From an uncultured Actinomycetes bacterium (GTDB lineage: Bacteria; Actinomycetota; Acidimicrobiia; Acidimicrobiales; Microtrichaceae): 64,000 nt of DNA. The stretch is taken from NCBI GenBank assembly GCA_903925745.1, contig CAIYGQ010000218.1:12274-76273 (forward strand), written 5' to 3'. Every line of letters begins with the position of its first letter. Positions within the stretch are counted from its first letter, which is position 1. The notes below the pieces were generated by a model. That model worked only from the letters and a program-made list of their open reading frames with translations. It was not told the origin of the DNA and ran no database searches. Made by a program: the position numbers and the translations under genes. Below, one piece after another: positions 53,201 through 62,444 of the stretch.

Positions 53201-55258
53201 ATGGCTGGTCCGAGCAAGCTGGTCAGGGTCACGATGCGGAACCGGGGCGAGTCGATCTCGTTCGAGGTGCGTACGCTCCCGGGGTCTCGGAACCTCGTCC
53301 TCGGGTGGGTCGGCCAGGTGGCCCCCGACCCCACCGAGATCACGCTCTCCGACAGTGGCGGCAGATCCAGAGTGGTCACCCCGAGGGACCGACAGTGGGA
53401 GCACTCGGTCGAACTACTGAGTGACGCCCACCTGTTCGTCCCGAGGTCCGACCGTCCCTTCGTCCTCACCCTGGAGTACCGGGTGCATCCGGGTGAGCTG
53501 CAGCGAATCCGGAAACTCGAGGCCGACCACCTCGTGGTCGAGGAACTGCCGCCGACCGCGCCGTCGGGGTCACCCGAACTTCCGGAGTCGTTGAGTGCCG
53601 ACCGTCGCAAGGTGGCCAGCGAAGCACTGGCAGAGCTGGACGAGCTCGTCGGACTCGAGGACGTCAAGGTGATGGTTCGGGAGATCCTGCACGCAGAGGT
53701 GGGGCGGCAGCGGCGGGAGGCGCTGAGCTTGGCGACAGCTGTGTCGTCCCGACACCTGATCCTCACGGGTGCACCGGGCACCGGCAAGACGGTGGTGGCC
53801 CGGCTGCTGGCGAAGTTGTTCTGGGGGTTCAACCTGGTGGAACTCGATCAGCTCGTCGAGGTCGGTCCGAGCGAGCTGATCGGCAAGTACGTCGGCGCAA
53901 CTGCGCCGCTGGTGGACGAGGCCGTCGATCGGGCGATCGGTGGCGTCCTGTTCATCGACGAGGCCCACATGCTCCACTACACCGTCCTCTACGGGCAGGA
54001 AGCTGTCACGGCGCTCCTGAGGAACATGGAGAACCACCAGCGACGACTGGTGGTCATCGCGGCCGGGTATCCCGACAAGATGGAGGAGTTCCTGGACTCG
54101 GATCCGGGGCTGCGCGGGCGCTTCACCCGAGTGATCGCGTTTCCCGACTACGACGACGACTCGCTGGGAGAGATCTTCCGCAGGATCGCAACCAGCAGCG
54201 ACTTCGATGTCGACGACGAGGTCGTCGGTGCGGTCGTCAAGCACTTCAACACGAGCCACCGTGGGCCCCAGTTCGCCAATGCCCGGGAGGTTCGCAACCT
54301 GTTCGGTGCGGCGTGCGACCGTCACGCCGCCAGAGTCGGACAACTCAGGGCACCGTCGGTCGAACAGCTCCGTCGACTCGAACTGGACGACGTCTTCCCT
54401 CGCAATGCCTCCCGCAATCTGGACGCAAGTGTGACGGCGCTGGACGAGGCACTCGCGGCGCTGCAGTCGATGGTGGGTCTGTCCTCGGTGAAGTACGAGG
54501 TCGACACCGTCATCAAGCTCGCGCGGATGAACCGCTGGCGGGTTGCGAGTGATCTGGTCCCCGCTCGTGTGACACGCCACTTCGTGTTCAGCGGGCCACC
54601 CGGCACGGGCAAGACGACGGTGGCTGAGCACGTCGCTGCTGCGTTCCGGGCACTCGGGGTCCTCAAGCGTGGTCACGTGGTCAAGGCGACCAGAGACGAT
54701 CTGAACGAGTGGTCGGTCGGCAGCCAGGGGGAGCGAGCATCGGAGATCATCCGGAGTGCCGTCGATGGCGTCCTGTTCCTGGACGAGGCGTACACACTGA
54801 TCGGGACCCCGGCGGTGGTTCCGCTCCTCGAGTTGATGGAGGAGTACCGGGACCGGCTCGTCGTCGTCGCTGCGGGCTACTCGCAGGAGATGCAGTTGTT
54901 CCTGGATTCCAATGCTGGGCTACGCAGCCGCTTCACCAAGGTGATCGAGTTCCCGGCCTACTCGCCCGAGGAACTCGTGGAGATCTTCGAGGTGACCGCT
55001 CGGTCGGAGCAGTTCGTCGTGTCTGACGAGGTGCTTGCGGCGGTTCGTGCAGAACTGGACAGCATCGACCTGAGACACTTCGGCAACGCACGGGGTGTGC
55101 GGACGATGTACGAGCGGATCGTCGAACGGATCGCCGGTCGGATGGGTGAGAGCCCGACCGTCACCGAGATGTCGACGATCCTCCCAGAGGATGTGCGCGG
55201 CCTGGGGTCGGCGACCACGGTCCCGCCGAGGTTCGGATTCGTACCGTGGACTGCGTGA
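53201..55258 (+). CDS. Tandem CbbX/SpoVK-type AAA+ ATPase
   Basis: Module 1: LILTGAPGTGKTVVARLLAK, GGVLFIDEAHML, VIAAGYPDKMEEFLDSDPGLRGRF. Module 2: FVFSGPPGTGKTTVAEHVA, DGVLFLDEAYTL, VVAAGYSQEMQLFLDSNAGLRSRF. The N-terminal ~150 aa are unassigned. Confidence 0.8.
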   Translation: MAGPSKLVRVTMRNRGESISFEVRTLPGSRNLVLGWVGQVAPDPTEITLSDSGGRSRVVTPRDRQWEHSVELLSDAHLFVPRSDRPFVLTLEYRVHPGELQRIRKLEADHLVVEELPPTAPSGSPELPESLSADRRKVASEALAELDELVGLEDVKVMVREILHAEVGRQRREALSLATAVSSRHLILTGAPGTGKTVVARLLAKLFWGFNLVELDQLVEVGPSELIGKYVGATAPLVDEAVDRAIGGVLFIDEAHMLHYTVLYGQEAVTALLRNMENHQRRLVVIAAGYPDKMEEFLDSDPGLRGRFTRVIAFPDYDDDSLGEIFRRIATSSDFDVDDEVVGAVVKHFNTSHRGPQFANAREVRNLFGAACDRHAARVGQLRAPSVEQLRRLELDDVFPRNASRNLDASVTALDEALAALQSMVGLSSVKYEVDTVIKLARMNRWRVASDLVPARVTRHFVFSGPPGTGKTTVAEHVAAAFRALGVLKRGHVVKATRDDLNEWSVGSQGERASEIIRSAVDGVLFLDEAYTLIGTPAVVPLLELMEEYRDRLVVVAAGYSQEMQLFLDSNAGLRSRFTKVIEFPAYSPEELVEIFEVTARSEQFVVSDEVLAAVRAELDSIDLRHFGNARGVRTMYERIVERIAGRMGESPTVTEMSTILPEDVRGLGSATTVPPRFGFVPWTA

Positions 55259-55277
55259 CCGACGGAGGTCTGGCGAC

Positions 55278-55703
55278 GTGACCGATGACCGAGAGGTGCT
55301 CTTCCTGCAGCTCTACGACCGTGTGGCGGCAGAGTTCGACGCCCGTCTCAACGGGAAGCGGGGCTTCGTGGTGGTCCACGGCGGAATCCGGTCCACGCTC
55401 GACGTGGTCCGTTTCCGGTCCAGGGCGACGTTCGAGGTCCGGCTGGCGGTCCTGGCGGATGTGCCCGACGACGACCTCCAGCAGATGACGCTGGTGTTGA
55501 GGTCGGGTATCGCCGACACCTCGCTCGAGTCACTGCAGGTGGAGGACGAGCAACTCCCCTTCTCGGACGTCTCCCACGTCAGGCTCCGAGGGCTCACGTC
55601 CGACGTCCAGTTGCTGTTGAACATGATCCGGGTCGCACCAACGGTGCTGGCGGACCTGGCGGACTTTTACCCTGAACTCGGGCTGCACGTCGCTCGAGGG
55701 TGA
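55278..55703 (+). CDS. Small acidic hypothetical protein
   Basis: GTG 55278 lies 9 nt after GGAGG. 141 aa with no motif. Confidence 0.45.
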   Translation: MTDDREVLFLQLYDRVAAEFDARLNGKRGFVVVHGGIRSTLDVVRFRSRATFEVRLAVLADVPDDDLQQMTLVLRSGIADTSLESLQVEDEQLPFSDVSHVRLRGLTSDVQLLLNMIRVAPTVLADLADFYPELGLHVARG

Positions 55704-55746
55704 ACAGACATTATGAGTAGCGTGGCCGCTGGAGAGGGGAGTTTCA

Positions 55747-56094
55747 GTGTTGGATCGAGTACTCAATCGCTACGAGCGTGGCTTTGGTGAGTTCAACGAG
55801 CGTTGGGTTGAGGTGCACGCCCTGCTCGGAGCATTCCTCGCAGGTCTCGACGACGACAACGCAGGAGAACTCGGGGAGCCGCACCGGTTCCCGGCTCCGC
55901 CGCGAGAGGAACAACCGGTTCGGTCCCCGGAAGGCGCTGGCGACAGAGAGGTCGCTCGTGTGGAGCGAGTCGACGTGGCGTCGGTGTTGTCCGGGTCTTC
56001 GCCGCTGGTCGACACCGGGTGGCCGGATGTGTCGGTTGGCGGAGAGTTCGAAGGATTCGATCCGCAGGGGATCGGAGCGGTCATCGACCCCTAG
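55747..56094 (+). CDS. Hypothetical protein (weakly supported)
   Basis: 115-aa ORF from GTG 55747. Third-position GC is visibly lower than in neighbouring genes, so coding status is uncertain. Confidence 0.3.
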   Translation: MLDRVLNRYERGFGEFNERWVEVHALLGAFLAGLDDDNAGELGEPHRFPAPPREEQPVRSPEGAGDREVARVERVDVASVLSGSSPLVDTGWPDVSVGGEFEGFDPQGIGAVIDP

Positions 56095-56169
56095 CGTCGA
56101 CAGTTCCTTGGCGCCGGTTTCGAACGCATCTTCGAGGGTACGTGGGAGGCGGCGGCGTGGTACTGCTCG

Positions 56170-57057
56170 ATGCGGTCGTACGGTCCGTCGTGGGGTATCT
56201 ACATCAGGCGCCGAGCGTTGGTCGCAATGGCACAGAGCATCGCCCCGTACTGGGTTGAGCGGTTGACGCCGTCGGAGTGGCGGCTCGACCTGCACCGCCA
56301 GTTGGACCAACTGGTCCGGGTCGCCTTCGCGCTGCTGCTGTTCCACGAGGTCTACCACCACCAGATGGAGGTGTTCGCCCTCAGTGCACCATTCGACCGC
56401 TACCGCGACAGAGATCCCGCCGACGGTGCCGTCCTGTACGCGGCCTACAAGGACGCCGTGTATCGCCCCACGTGGGGCACAGACCTGAATCTGGAAGAGG
56501 CGCTCGCCGTTGCGGCGTCGTTCCGGTGCTCGCTCGATCCGGTTGCTGCGCTGCGTTCGTTCGGGTTCCCGGTAGGCCCTGAGTTGGAGTCCCTGCCGTT
56601 CGAGCCGGCCCGACGGTGGTTGATCGAGCGGGTACCTCACCACCTGGCGGGGTACCGCAACGGCATCCGGTTGTTGGCCGATGACACGTTCCGGGCAGTG
56701 GAACGGGCGTTGACCATGGAGTGGGCGGACGCCGAAAGCATTCTGCTGATTCGTGAACTCTCGCGACTCCGACCGTTGTTGGCTCAGGGGGTGGATGACG
56801 ACCATCTCTGCACTGTCGAGCAGGCGCTCGAGCAAGAGGCCTGGGTTGACGTGAGACACAGAGGAAGATGGGCACTACATCGCTTCGTCCGCGCGCTCGA
56901 GCGAGAGCATGCGCAGCTGGACCTCAGTCGCCACATCAACGACCTGATTCACTCCAATCTGCTCTACCCGAGCGGTTCCCGAAGGTGGTTCGACGCAACA
57001 CCATCGGGTGCGGCGCCGCTCGCAGATCTCGCCGAACGAGTCTTCCTCGTCGATTGA
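56170..57057 (+). CDS. HExxH-motif protein (possible metallopeptidase)
   Basis: FALLLFHEVYHHQMEVF contains HEVYH. Strong GC3 bias in this frame, unlike the antisense 371-aa ORF. Confidence 0.5.
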   Translation: MRSYGPSWGIYIRRRALVAMAQSIAPYWVERLTPSEWRLDLHRQLDQLVRVAFALLLFHEVYHHQMEVFALSAPFDRYRDRDPADGAVLYAAYKDAVYRPTWGTDLNLEEALAVAASFRCSLDPVAALRSFGFPVGPELESLPFEPARRWLIERVPHHLAGYRNGIRLLADDTFRAVERALTMEWADAESILLIRELSRLRPLLAQGVDDDHLCTVEQALEQEAWVDVRHRGRWALHRFVRALEREHAQLDLSRHINDLIHSNLLYPSGSRRWFDATPSGAAPLADLAERVFLVD

Positions 57058-57120
57058 CCGACCCTTCCGTAGCGACCCACCTGCGGGAAGCCAACGCTGA
57101 GCGGCGCTCCGGAGCGTGGC

Positions 57121-57543
57121 TCACCTGATCCGGGCGAGGGCCGTGCAGCCGATCACGGAGCCGTCGTCGGCGCGGACCAGGCCATCCGGGAAGACCAGAT
57201 CCTCCCGTTCGGGCACAGCCTCTGCGACCATGCGCGACACGACCAGCAGCACCCCAGCCCGACGGCCCGGAAGAACGGGAGGGTCGGTCACCGTGGACTG
57301 GTAGACGGAGATGCTCTGTTCGCCGATCATCACCTGGTCGACCTGAGTCCGCTCGATGACGCACCGGGCCGGCGACGCCTCTGGAGTCAGTACCAACCTG
57401 CAGCCGTCGCCGATGATCACGACATCGTGTGGGGTCAGGTTCACCAGCTCAACGTCGGGCGTCTCCACATCGGATGTCGACGTGTGAGCGCGAGCGTCAG
57501 GGTCGTGGCATCCCGCTGGGTGCATCTCTCCGTACATGCTCAT
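57121..57543 (-). CDS. Hypothetical protein
   Basis: 140 aa from ATG 57543, including VELVNLTPHDVVIIGDG..VVSRMVAEAV..PDGLVRADDGSVIGC. Family not recognised. Confidence 0.45.
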   Translation of the reverse strand: MSMYGEMHPAGCHDPDARAHTSTSDVETPDVELVNLTPHDVVIIGDGCRLVLTPEASPARCVIERTQVDQVMIGEQSISVYQSTVTDPPVLPGRRAGVLLVVSRMVAEAVPEREDLVFPDGLVRADDGSVIGCTALARIR

Positions 57544-57628
57544 GTGCTCCGCTCCTTCGTGTCCGGGAGTCACTGACGGACGGCGAATCGGAGAGGCCCT
57601 GCACACCCGGCGGGAATCACGTTTCCGG

Positions 57629-58117
57629 TCACAACGGGAAGGTCGCCAGCGTCGGCAGGGCGAGGAAGCCGGTGTGGTCGTTGGGGTCCCACACGACGTA
57701 GGAGTACGAGGTGTCGGTCGCGTAGCCGGCGACGCCACCGCGTCGCTTGTCAACGAAGTCGTCGTCGAGCAGTTCGCGGACCTCGGCGAGGTCGTGGACC
57801 GAGAACCACCCGGCCGTGTCGACGTCCCGCTCACTGTCGGCGTTGATGATCGCCACACCCACGGCGAAGGGCACACCATCAGGGCCGACGCCGTGCAAGA
57901 CGGTGTACTGGCGCGGCCGGGGCGAGGCCGAGGCGTCGCCGGTGCGCAGGTCCCGGCACACGGCGAACTCCCCGCGCCGGACGCAGTCACGGACGGCCTG
58001 GTCGAGGTCTCCGTCGCCGTGGACGAACGCCGAGCCGGTGACGCCCTCCCAGCTGGACCCGAGCCCGTCGAGCGCGCAGATCACCATGACCTGCAACGGA
58101 TGACGCATGTTGTTCAC
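57629..58117 (-). CDS. Hypothetical protein immediately downstream of array 2
   Basis: GTG 58117 is preceded by CCAGGAGGATGG. 162 aa with no motif recognised. Confidence 0.5.
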   Translation of the reverse strand: MNNMRHPLQVMVICALDGLGSSWEGVTGSAFVHGDGDLDQAVRDCVRRGEFAVCRDLRTGDASASPRPRQYTVLHGVGPDGVPFAVGVAIINADSERDVDTAGWFSVHDLAEVRELLDDDFVDKRRGGVAGYATDTSYSYVVWDPNDHTGFLALPTLATFPL

Positions 58118-58134
58118 CCATCCTCCTGGCCATG

Positions 58135-58576
58135 GACTTGGTCCGTATCGGTATTTCAGGGGCCCCTGAACTTCACCATGCCAAGCAACAACGACAATCT
58201 TGTTTCAGTCCGTATCGGTATTTCAGGGGCCCCTGAACGGAAAACATGACGTACTTGCAGCTGAACGAGTTTCAGTCCGTATCGGTATTTCAGGGGCCCC
58301 TGAACCGGTGCCAAGGAGTACGAGACCCGGATGGAGTTTCAGTCCGTATCGGTATTTCAGGGGCCCCTGAACACCTCTGCCCGGAGGTAAAACACTATCG
58401 TGAGTTTCAGTCCGTATCGGTATTTCAGGGGCCCCTGAACACATTACGAAGACAACACTAGCAATCTGGAAGTTTCAGTCCGTATCGGTATTTCAGGGGC
58501 CCCTGAACCGGCCAAGAAGAACGGCGTGACCGGCTACGAGTTTCAGTCCGTATCGGTATTTCAGGGGCCCCTGAAC
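58135..58576 (-). CRISPR. CRISPR array 2: 7 repeats (same repeat as array 1; leftmost copy degenerate)
   Basis: Repeat starts at 58135 (gacttgg.. variant), 58202, 58269, 58336, 58404, 58472 and 58540. Six spacers of 30-31 nt. Confidence 0.95.
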
Positions 58577-58759
58577 AGCACCCCCTCAGATCCCTGTCCT
58601 GGCGGGCCGGAACTGGCCTCTCGCGCCAACCCCCCTCGGACCGGTCCTGACGGAGCGGACTGTAGCACTGTGGAAAACCCCGATCCACCCCGGCAGCACT
58701 GTGATCGCGCCGCTCGCGCCAACCCCTGTGGACAACCCGGGGTCCGGGAGGTTGGCGCG
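58577..58759 (-). promoter_or_regulatory. CRISPR leader, copy 2
   Basis: Aligns base for base with 48830-49012, apart from a few substitutions and a short variable patch (gacggcgagcaccctagc vs gacggagcggactgtagc). Confidence 0.8.
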
Positions 58760-58879
58760 GCATCCGCAATACGTCGGTTCGCTCGTCCGCGGGGTTCCTC
58801 GAGTCGCACCGCACTGGCGCGCTGAGGTGGTGCCGAGCGGATCGGGTGATTCACGACACGGTGGCGCCCAGTAGGGAGT

Positions 58880-59263
58880 TCAGAACGGTTCGACGGGAAC
58901 ACCGACTGGTTCGTCCAAGTGCTGCCACGATCGAGTGGCCACGGCATCATTTGCTGCTTTCGGTGCGACGTCTTCGTCCAGTGACAAGGTGATGTGGAAG
59001 ATCCGCTCGTCAGGCCGCACGGTGGTTCCGTCGACCTCGACGACCAGGGCGTCGACCCCGTCCCCTCGCACGTAGGCGACGACCAGCACCGATGCACGGT
59101 CAGGCGCAGGGTCGGGGTCCGGGTACCGGTAGGTGACGTGTTCGGCCACGATGCGGTCGAACGCCGGCGATACGCCGCGCCGCTCCAACTCGCTCAACAG
59201 TGCACCTCGGTCGAGCACCCTGTAACCCGAGTAGTTGGACCGTTCGAACACGACGATCGCCAT
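58880..59263 (-). CDS. Small hypothetical protein with two H-x-T tetrapeptides
   Basis: 127 aa from ATG 59263 with high GC3. Contains AEHVTYRY and IFHITLSL. Confidence 0.45.
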   Translation of the reverse strand: MAIVVFERSNYSGYRVLDRGALLSELERRGVSPAFDRIVAEHVTYRYPDPDPAPDRASVLVVAYVRGDGVDALVVEVDGTTVRPDERIFHITLSLDEDVAPKAANDAVATRSWQHLDEPVGVPVEPF

Positions 59264-59379
59264 CCTGTCCGGTCTGCGCAGCCTGTGTCGTGCTTTTCGT
59301 TCCGGCGCCTGTGCGCGACGATTGTCGCCGGAGCGGCGTCGGGGAGGGCGGCGGCGATGATGCACGACTGGTCGGACCG

Positions 59380-61974
59380 ATGACCCGGCACCCCGGAGCT
59401 CGTGACGTGTTCTGCTGGGCGTGCGGCTCCTTGGTCGGCCCGGCGATCGGACCGCCCTGTCCCGTGTGCGGAGTCGGCCGTGACCTTCCGTCGTGGGACA
59501 GCGGGTCCCCCATTGGCCGGCGCGTGGAGTACCGGGTCCGGTTGAGCAGGCGCTCGGCTGTCGTGGTGGCCACGGACTCGACGTCGGCGATCGTCACCGA
59601 CGGGCGGTCCGACGCACACATCCCCCTGTCCAAGATCGTGTTCACCGACGCCGGTGTCTGGCCGTCCGCCTGGTACCGACTCCACTGCGCTGGCCTGGCT
59701 GACCGGCTCGGACCGGTGAGCCTGGGTGATCGGCGGGCATTCGCCGGTTGCGCCGTCGCCGCCAGGGACCTCGACGGCGTCGGCGCCAGCGGCCTCGGGC
59801 CGCGAGAGCAGGCGTGGCTGCGCATGTGGCTCCGGCACAATGCCGGCGATCGTTCGGGAGCACTGGCCGAGGCGGTAGCGCTCGGTCCCGTCACCTACCC
59901 CGATCGTCTCGGTGTGTTCGCCGCGGCGCTCGACGACTGGGTGGCCGACGCGTCGATCAGGGGGCTGGTGTTCCAGTTGGCCAACAGCTTTCCGACGGAT
60001 CAGCTCGCGCAACTACTGCTCGCCGTGCTGGCCGATCCGATGCCCGATGTGGCCGCTCCGGTGCAGGCCTGCGTCTCCTCAGTAGCGCCGGGTCTGGCGG
60101 CGACGGACTCCACCCGAACCATCGCAGCGGCGATCAGGTCCGGTCGGTCGCTTGCCGTGGCGACCGGCAGTCGGTACGTGTCGAGCGCAACGCTGCGCAC
60201 CGTCGCTATCTGTGATGCACCCCCCGGCTCACCGCTGCCCGATCTGGCCGAGGTGGAGATGTCGGTGCTCGACGACGCCGTGGACTCCGGGGTGCTCACC
60301 CTGCCGCTGCTCGAGTCCTGCGGAGCCTCGCTCGCTGACGGAGCTCGGCTGTACCTGACGGCGCGACTCGACCCGGGAGGCTTGACCGACGACCAGGTCG
60401 CCGCGCTGGGCCACCGCGACGAGGCGCACCGCCGGTCGTTCGTTGCGCCCGGGCGGGCTCCGGTCCCACCGGGGGAGCCCGGCGGCAGGTACGACCTGCT
60501 CACCCGGCTCCGGGACGGGGACCAGCGGGTCGTCGGTGACCTGGTGCCGATGCTCCCCGCGGAGCACGCTCCGGTGGCGATCGCAGTCGGAGCGTCGCTC
60601 CACACGGGGAGACTGCACCTCGAAGCGGTAGCAGATCCGTCAACCTGGGACGTCCTGGTCCCGGTGTTCGTTCGGGAACTGCAGGATGACCCCGCCGGCA
60701 TGGAGGCGACCGCACGCGACGCCGCAGGATGGGCGCTGCTCGACCTGGCCAAGCGGGAGCTGTTCGACTGGCGATGGCCGCAGGCGGTGTGGGCGGCGTC
60801 AGGCTGCATGGCGGCGGTCGACGACGAGCCCCGTTCCGACGAGGCGACGGCGATCAAGGCCGCAGCTGCGCTGATGAACGGTGACCGTGACCTCGCCGTC
60901 GGCTACCTCGATGATGCCGCCACGGGTGAGGCGTCGGACTCGTTGCTCGTGAACCTCGCCCTGTTGGCAGCCGACGAGTCGCCGGAACTGGCTGCCGATG
61001 CGCTGGTGCGGCTCGCTCGCCAGACGAAGGATCGCCGGCTGGCGGCGCGGGCAGTGGTCCGAGCGGCGCATCTGTACCTCCGTGACGACGGCGACTGGAC
61101 ACCAACGTCGGACCACCGCCGCATGCTCAGGAGGGCGTGCGGCGCCGATCTGGAGCTGGGGGAGCACCTCGAGGTCATGGCCGTCGCCGCGGGCGTCGAC
61201 TCCGAGTGGGTATCGGACCCGGTCAACACGGCGGACACGCCACACTCGCAGACGATCGAGCACCGGCTCGCTGTCGCCAAGGCCGCCGACTCCGTCGACA
61301 GCCTGCTCGACCTCCTGACTGCTGCCAGCGCAAACGGTGAGACGCCCGACGTCGTCGAGCGCGAGGTCGCTCGGCTCGTGAGCACGTCCCTGGCCATGAT
61401 GGCCGAGAGCGAGGAGCCGTCGGTGGTCGCCGGACTCGTCGCGCTGGACCTGTTCGACCGCAACCTGCCGGTGGAGCCGGGGATGGCCGTCATCCTGCGG
61501 GCGTTCGCAGTCCAGGAGCTCTGCTGGTACGTCGCCGACCTCGAGGAGATGTCACCGCCGCTCGCCGACTGGCAGGCTCACCTCGATGCGGCAGCCGCCG
61601 GGCTCGTCCGAGTGCCACCGGAGGATCTGGACTCGGCGCAGGAGGTGGTCGACGACGCCCGCAAGGTCATGGCCCGAGCGTGGTCCCTGCACTGGTTCCG
61701 TCGTCGCGCCGGCATCGTCGCCCACCACCAGCAGACCCTCGAGCAGTACCGCGACCGGATGGCGTCGGTGCGGTCGAACCAGGAGGTCGCCGGGGTCAAC
61801 CGGGTGATGCACGGCATCCTCTCGGAGCTCCTCGAGGCCACCGTCGCGTTGCGATCGGAGATCGACGCCCGCATCGCAACCGTCGTGCAGGTCGACGATC
61901 TGCGCGATGTCGTCGTGGGCCTCCGACAGTCCGTCATCGAGATCGAGGTCGTCCTGCGGAGGCATCTCCGGTGA
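59380..61974 (+). CDS. Large zinc-ribbon plus helical-repeat protein
   Basis: ATG 59380. N-terminal CWACG..CPVCG, then ~800 aa of Ala/Leu-rich helical sequence. GTGA overlap with the next gene. Confidence 0.5.
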   Translation: MTRHPGARDVFCWACGSLVGPAIGPPCPVCGVGRDLPSWDSGSPIGRRVEYRVRLSRRSAVVVATDSTSAIVTDGRSDAHIPLSKIVFTDAGVWPSAWYRLHCAGLADRLGPVSLGDRRAFAGCAVAARDLDGVGASGLGPREQAWLRMWLRHNAGDRSGALAEAVALGPVTYPDRLGVFAAALDDWVADASIRGLVFQLANSFPTDQLAQLLLAVLADPMPDVAAPVQACVSSVAPGLAATDSTRTIAAAIRSGRSLAVATGSRYVSSATLRTVAICDAPPGSPLPDLAEVEMSVLDDAVDSGVLTLPLLESCGASLADGARLYLTARLDPGGLTDDQVAALGHRDEAHRRSFVAPGRAPVPPGEPGGRYDLLTRLRDGDQRVVGDLVPMLPAEHAPVAIAVGASLHTGRLHLEAVADPSTWDVLVPVFVRELQDDPAGMEATARDAAGWALLDLAKRELFDWRWPQAVWAASGCMAAVDDEPRSDEATAIKAAAALMNGDRDLAVGYLDDAATGEASDSLLVNLALLAADESPELAADALVRLARQTKDRRLAARAVVRAAHLYLRDDGDWTPTSDHRRMLRRACGADLELGEHLEVMAVAAGVDSEWVSDPVNTADTPHSQTIEHRLAVAKAADSVDSLLDLLTAASANGETPDVVEREVARLVSTSLAMMAESEEPSVVAGLVALDLFDRNLPVEPGMAVILRAFAVQELCWYVADLEEMSPPLADWQAHLDAAAAGLVRVPPEDLDSAQEVVDDARKVMARAWSLHWFRRRAGIVAHHQQTLEQYRDRMASVRSNQEVAGVNRVMHGILSELLEATVALRSEIDARIATVVQVDDLRDVVVGLRQSVIEIEVVLRRHLR

Positions 61975-62444
61975 GCGGCGATGAGATCAGGCTGAGCCCC
62001 TACCTGATCCTGGGAGTCGACGTGGGTGCGACCGCGGGCGAGGCCAACCGTGCCTTCGCCCGCCGGGTGAAGCAGGTTGCTGCCGGTGAGGTCGACCTGA
62101 CACAAGAGGATCTGAACTGGGCGCAGAGCCAGTTCCGTCGACCCGGTGAGCTGGAGGGCTCGCTCGACTACCTGCGGGTGCCCACCGGTTCAGCGGTGCG
62201 CCCCGAGGTGCCAGAAGGGACTCTGTTCCGGCCCTCGCCCCAGCCGTTGGAGCGACGGACACCTCCGCCCGACGCTGCGGTGCTGGAGGCGCAACGGGTT
62301 GAGGTGACCCGGGCGGCATTGATCGAGCTCATCCGATCGTTCGACGTGGTCGTGCGAGCGCCCTACGGTGAGATGCCGGGTGGAGGTCGAGCTGGTGATC
62401 CGGCTGCGACGGTCGAAGGGAGCACGGATGCGGCGCAAGGATGA
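61971..62444 (+). CDS. Degenerate J-domain-like protein
   Basis: N-terminal SPYLILGVDVGATAGEANRAFARRVK matches J-domain helices I-II. No HPD tripeptide seen. Confidence 0.4.
   Translation: MSGDEIRLSPYLILGVDVGATAGEANRAFARRVKQVAAGEVDLTQEDLNWAQSQFRRPGELEGSLDYLRVPTGSAVRPEVPEGTLFRPSPQPLERRTPPPDAAVLEAQRVEVTRAALIELIRSFDVVVRAPYGEMPGGGRAGDPAATVEGSTDAAQG

Noticed and set aside
55741-55748. gtttcagt, identical to the first 8 nt of the CRISPR repeat, suggesting a solitary repeat.
   Set aside because: The match ends after 8 nt (..gttggatcg versus ..ccgtatcgg), so it is most likely chance.
55744-56859. 371-aa minus-strand ORF opposite the HExxH gene.
   Set aside because: Third-position GC is strongly biased in the plus frame (56170-57057), not in this one. 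The translation is Arg-rich with no motif.
58223-59097. ORFs through array 2 and leader 2 (58223-58444, 58246-58461, 58458-58814, 58526-58825, 58561-59097).
   Set aside because: Same reason as for array 1. The last also overlaps the better-supported 58880-59263 gene in another frame.
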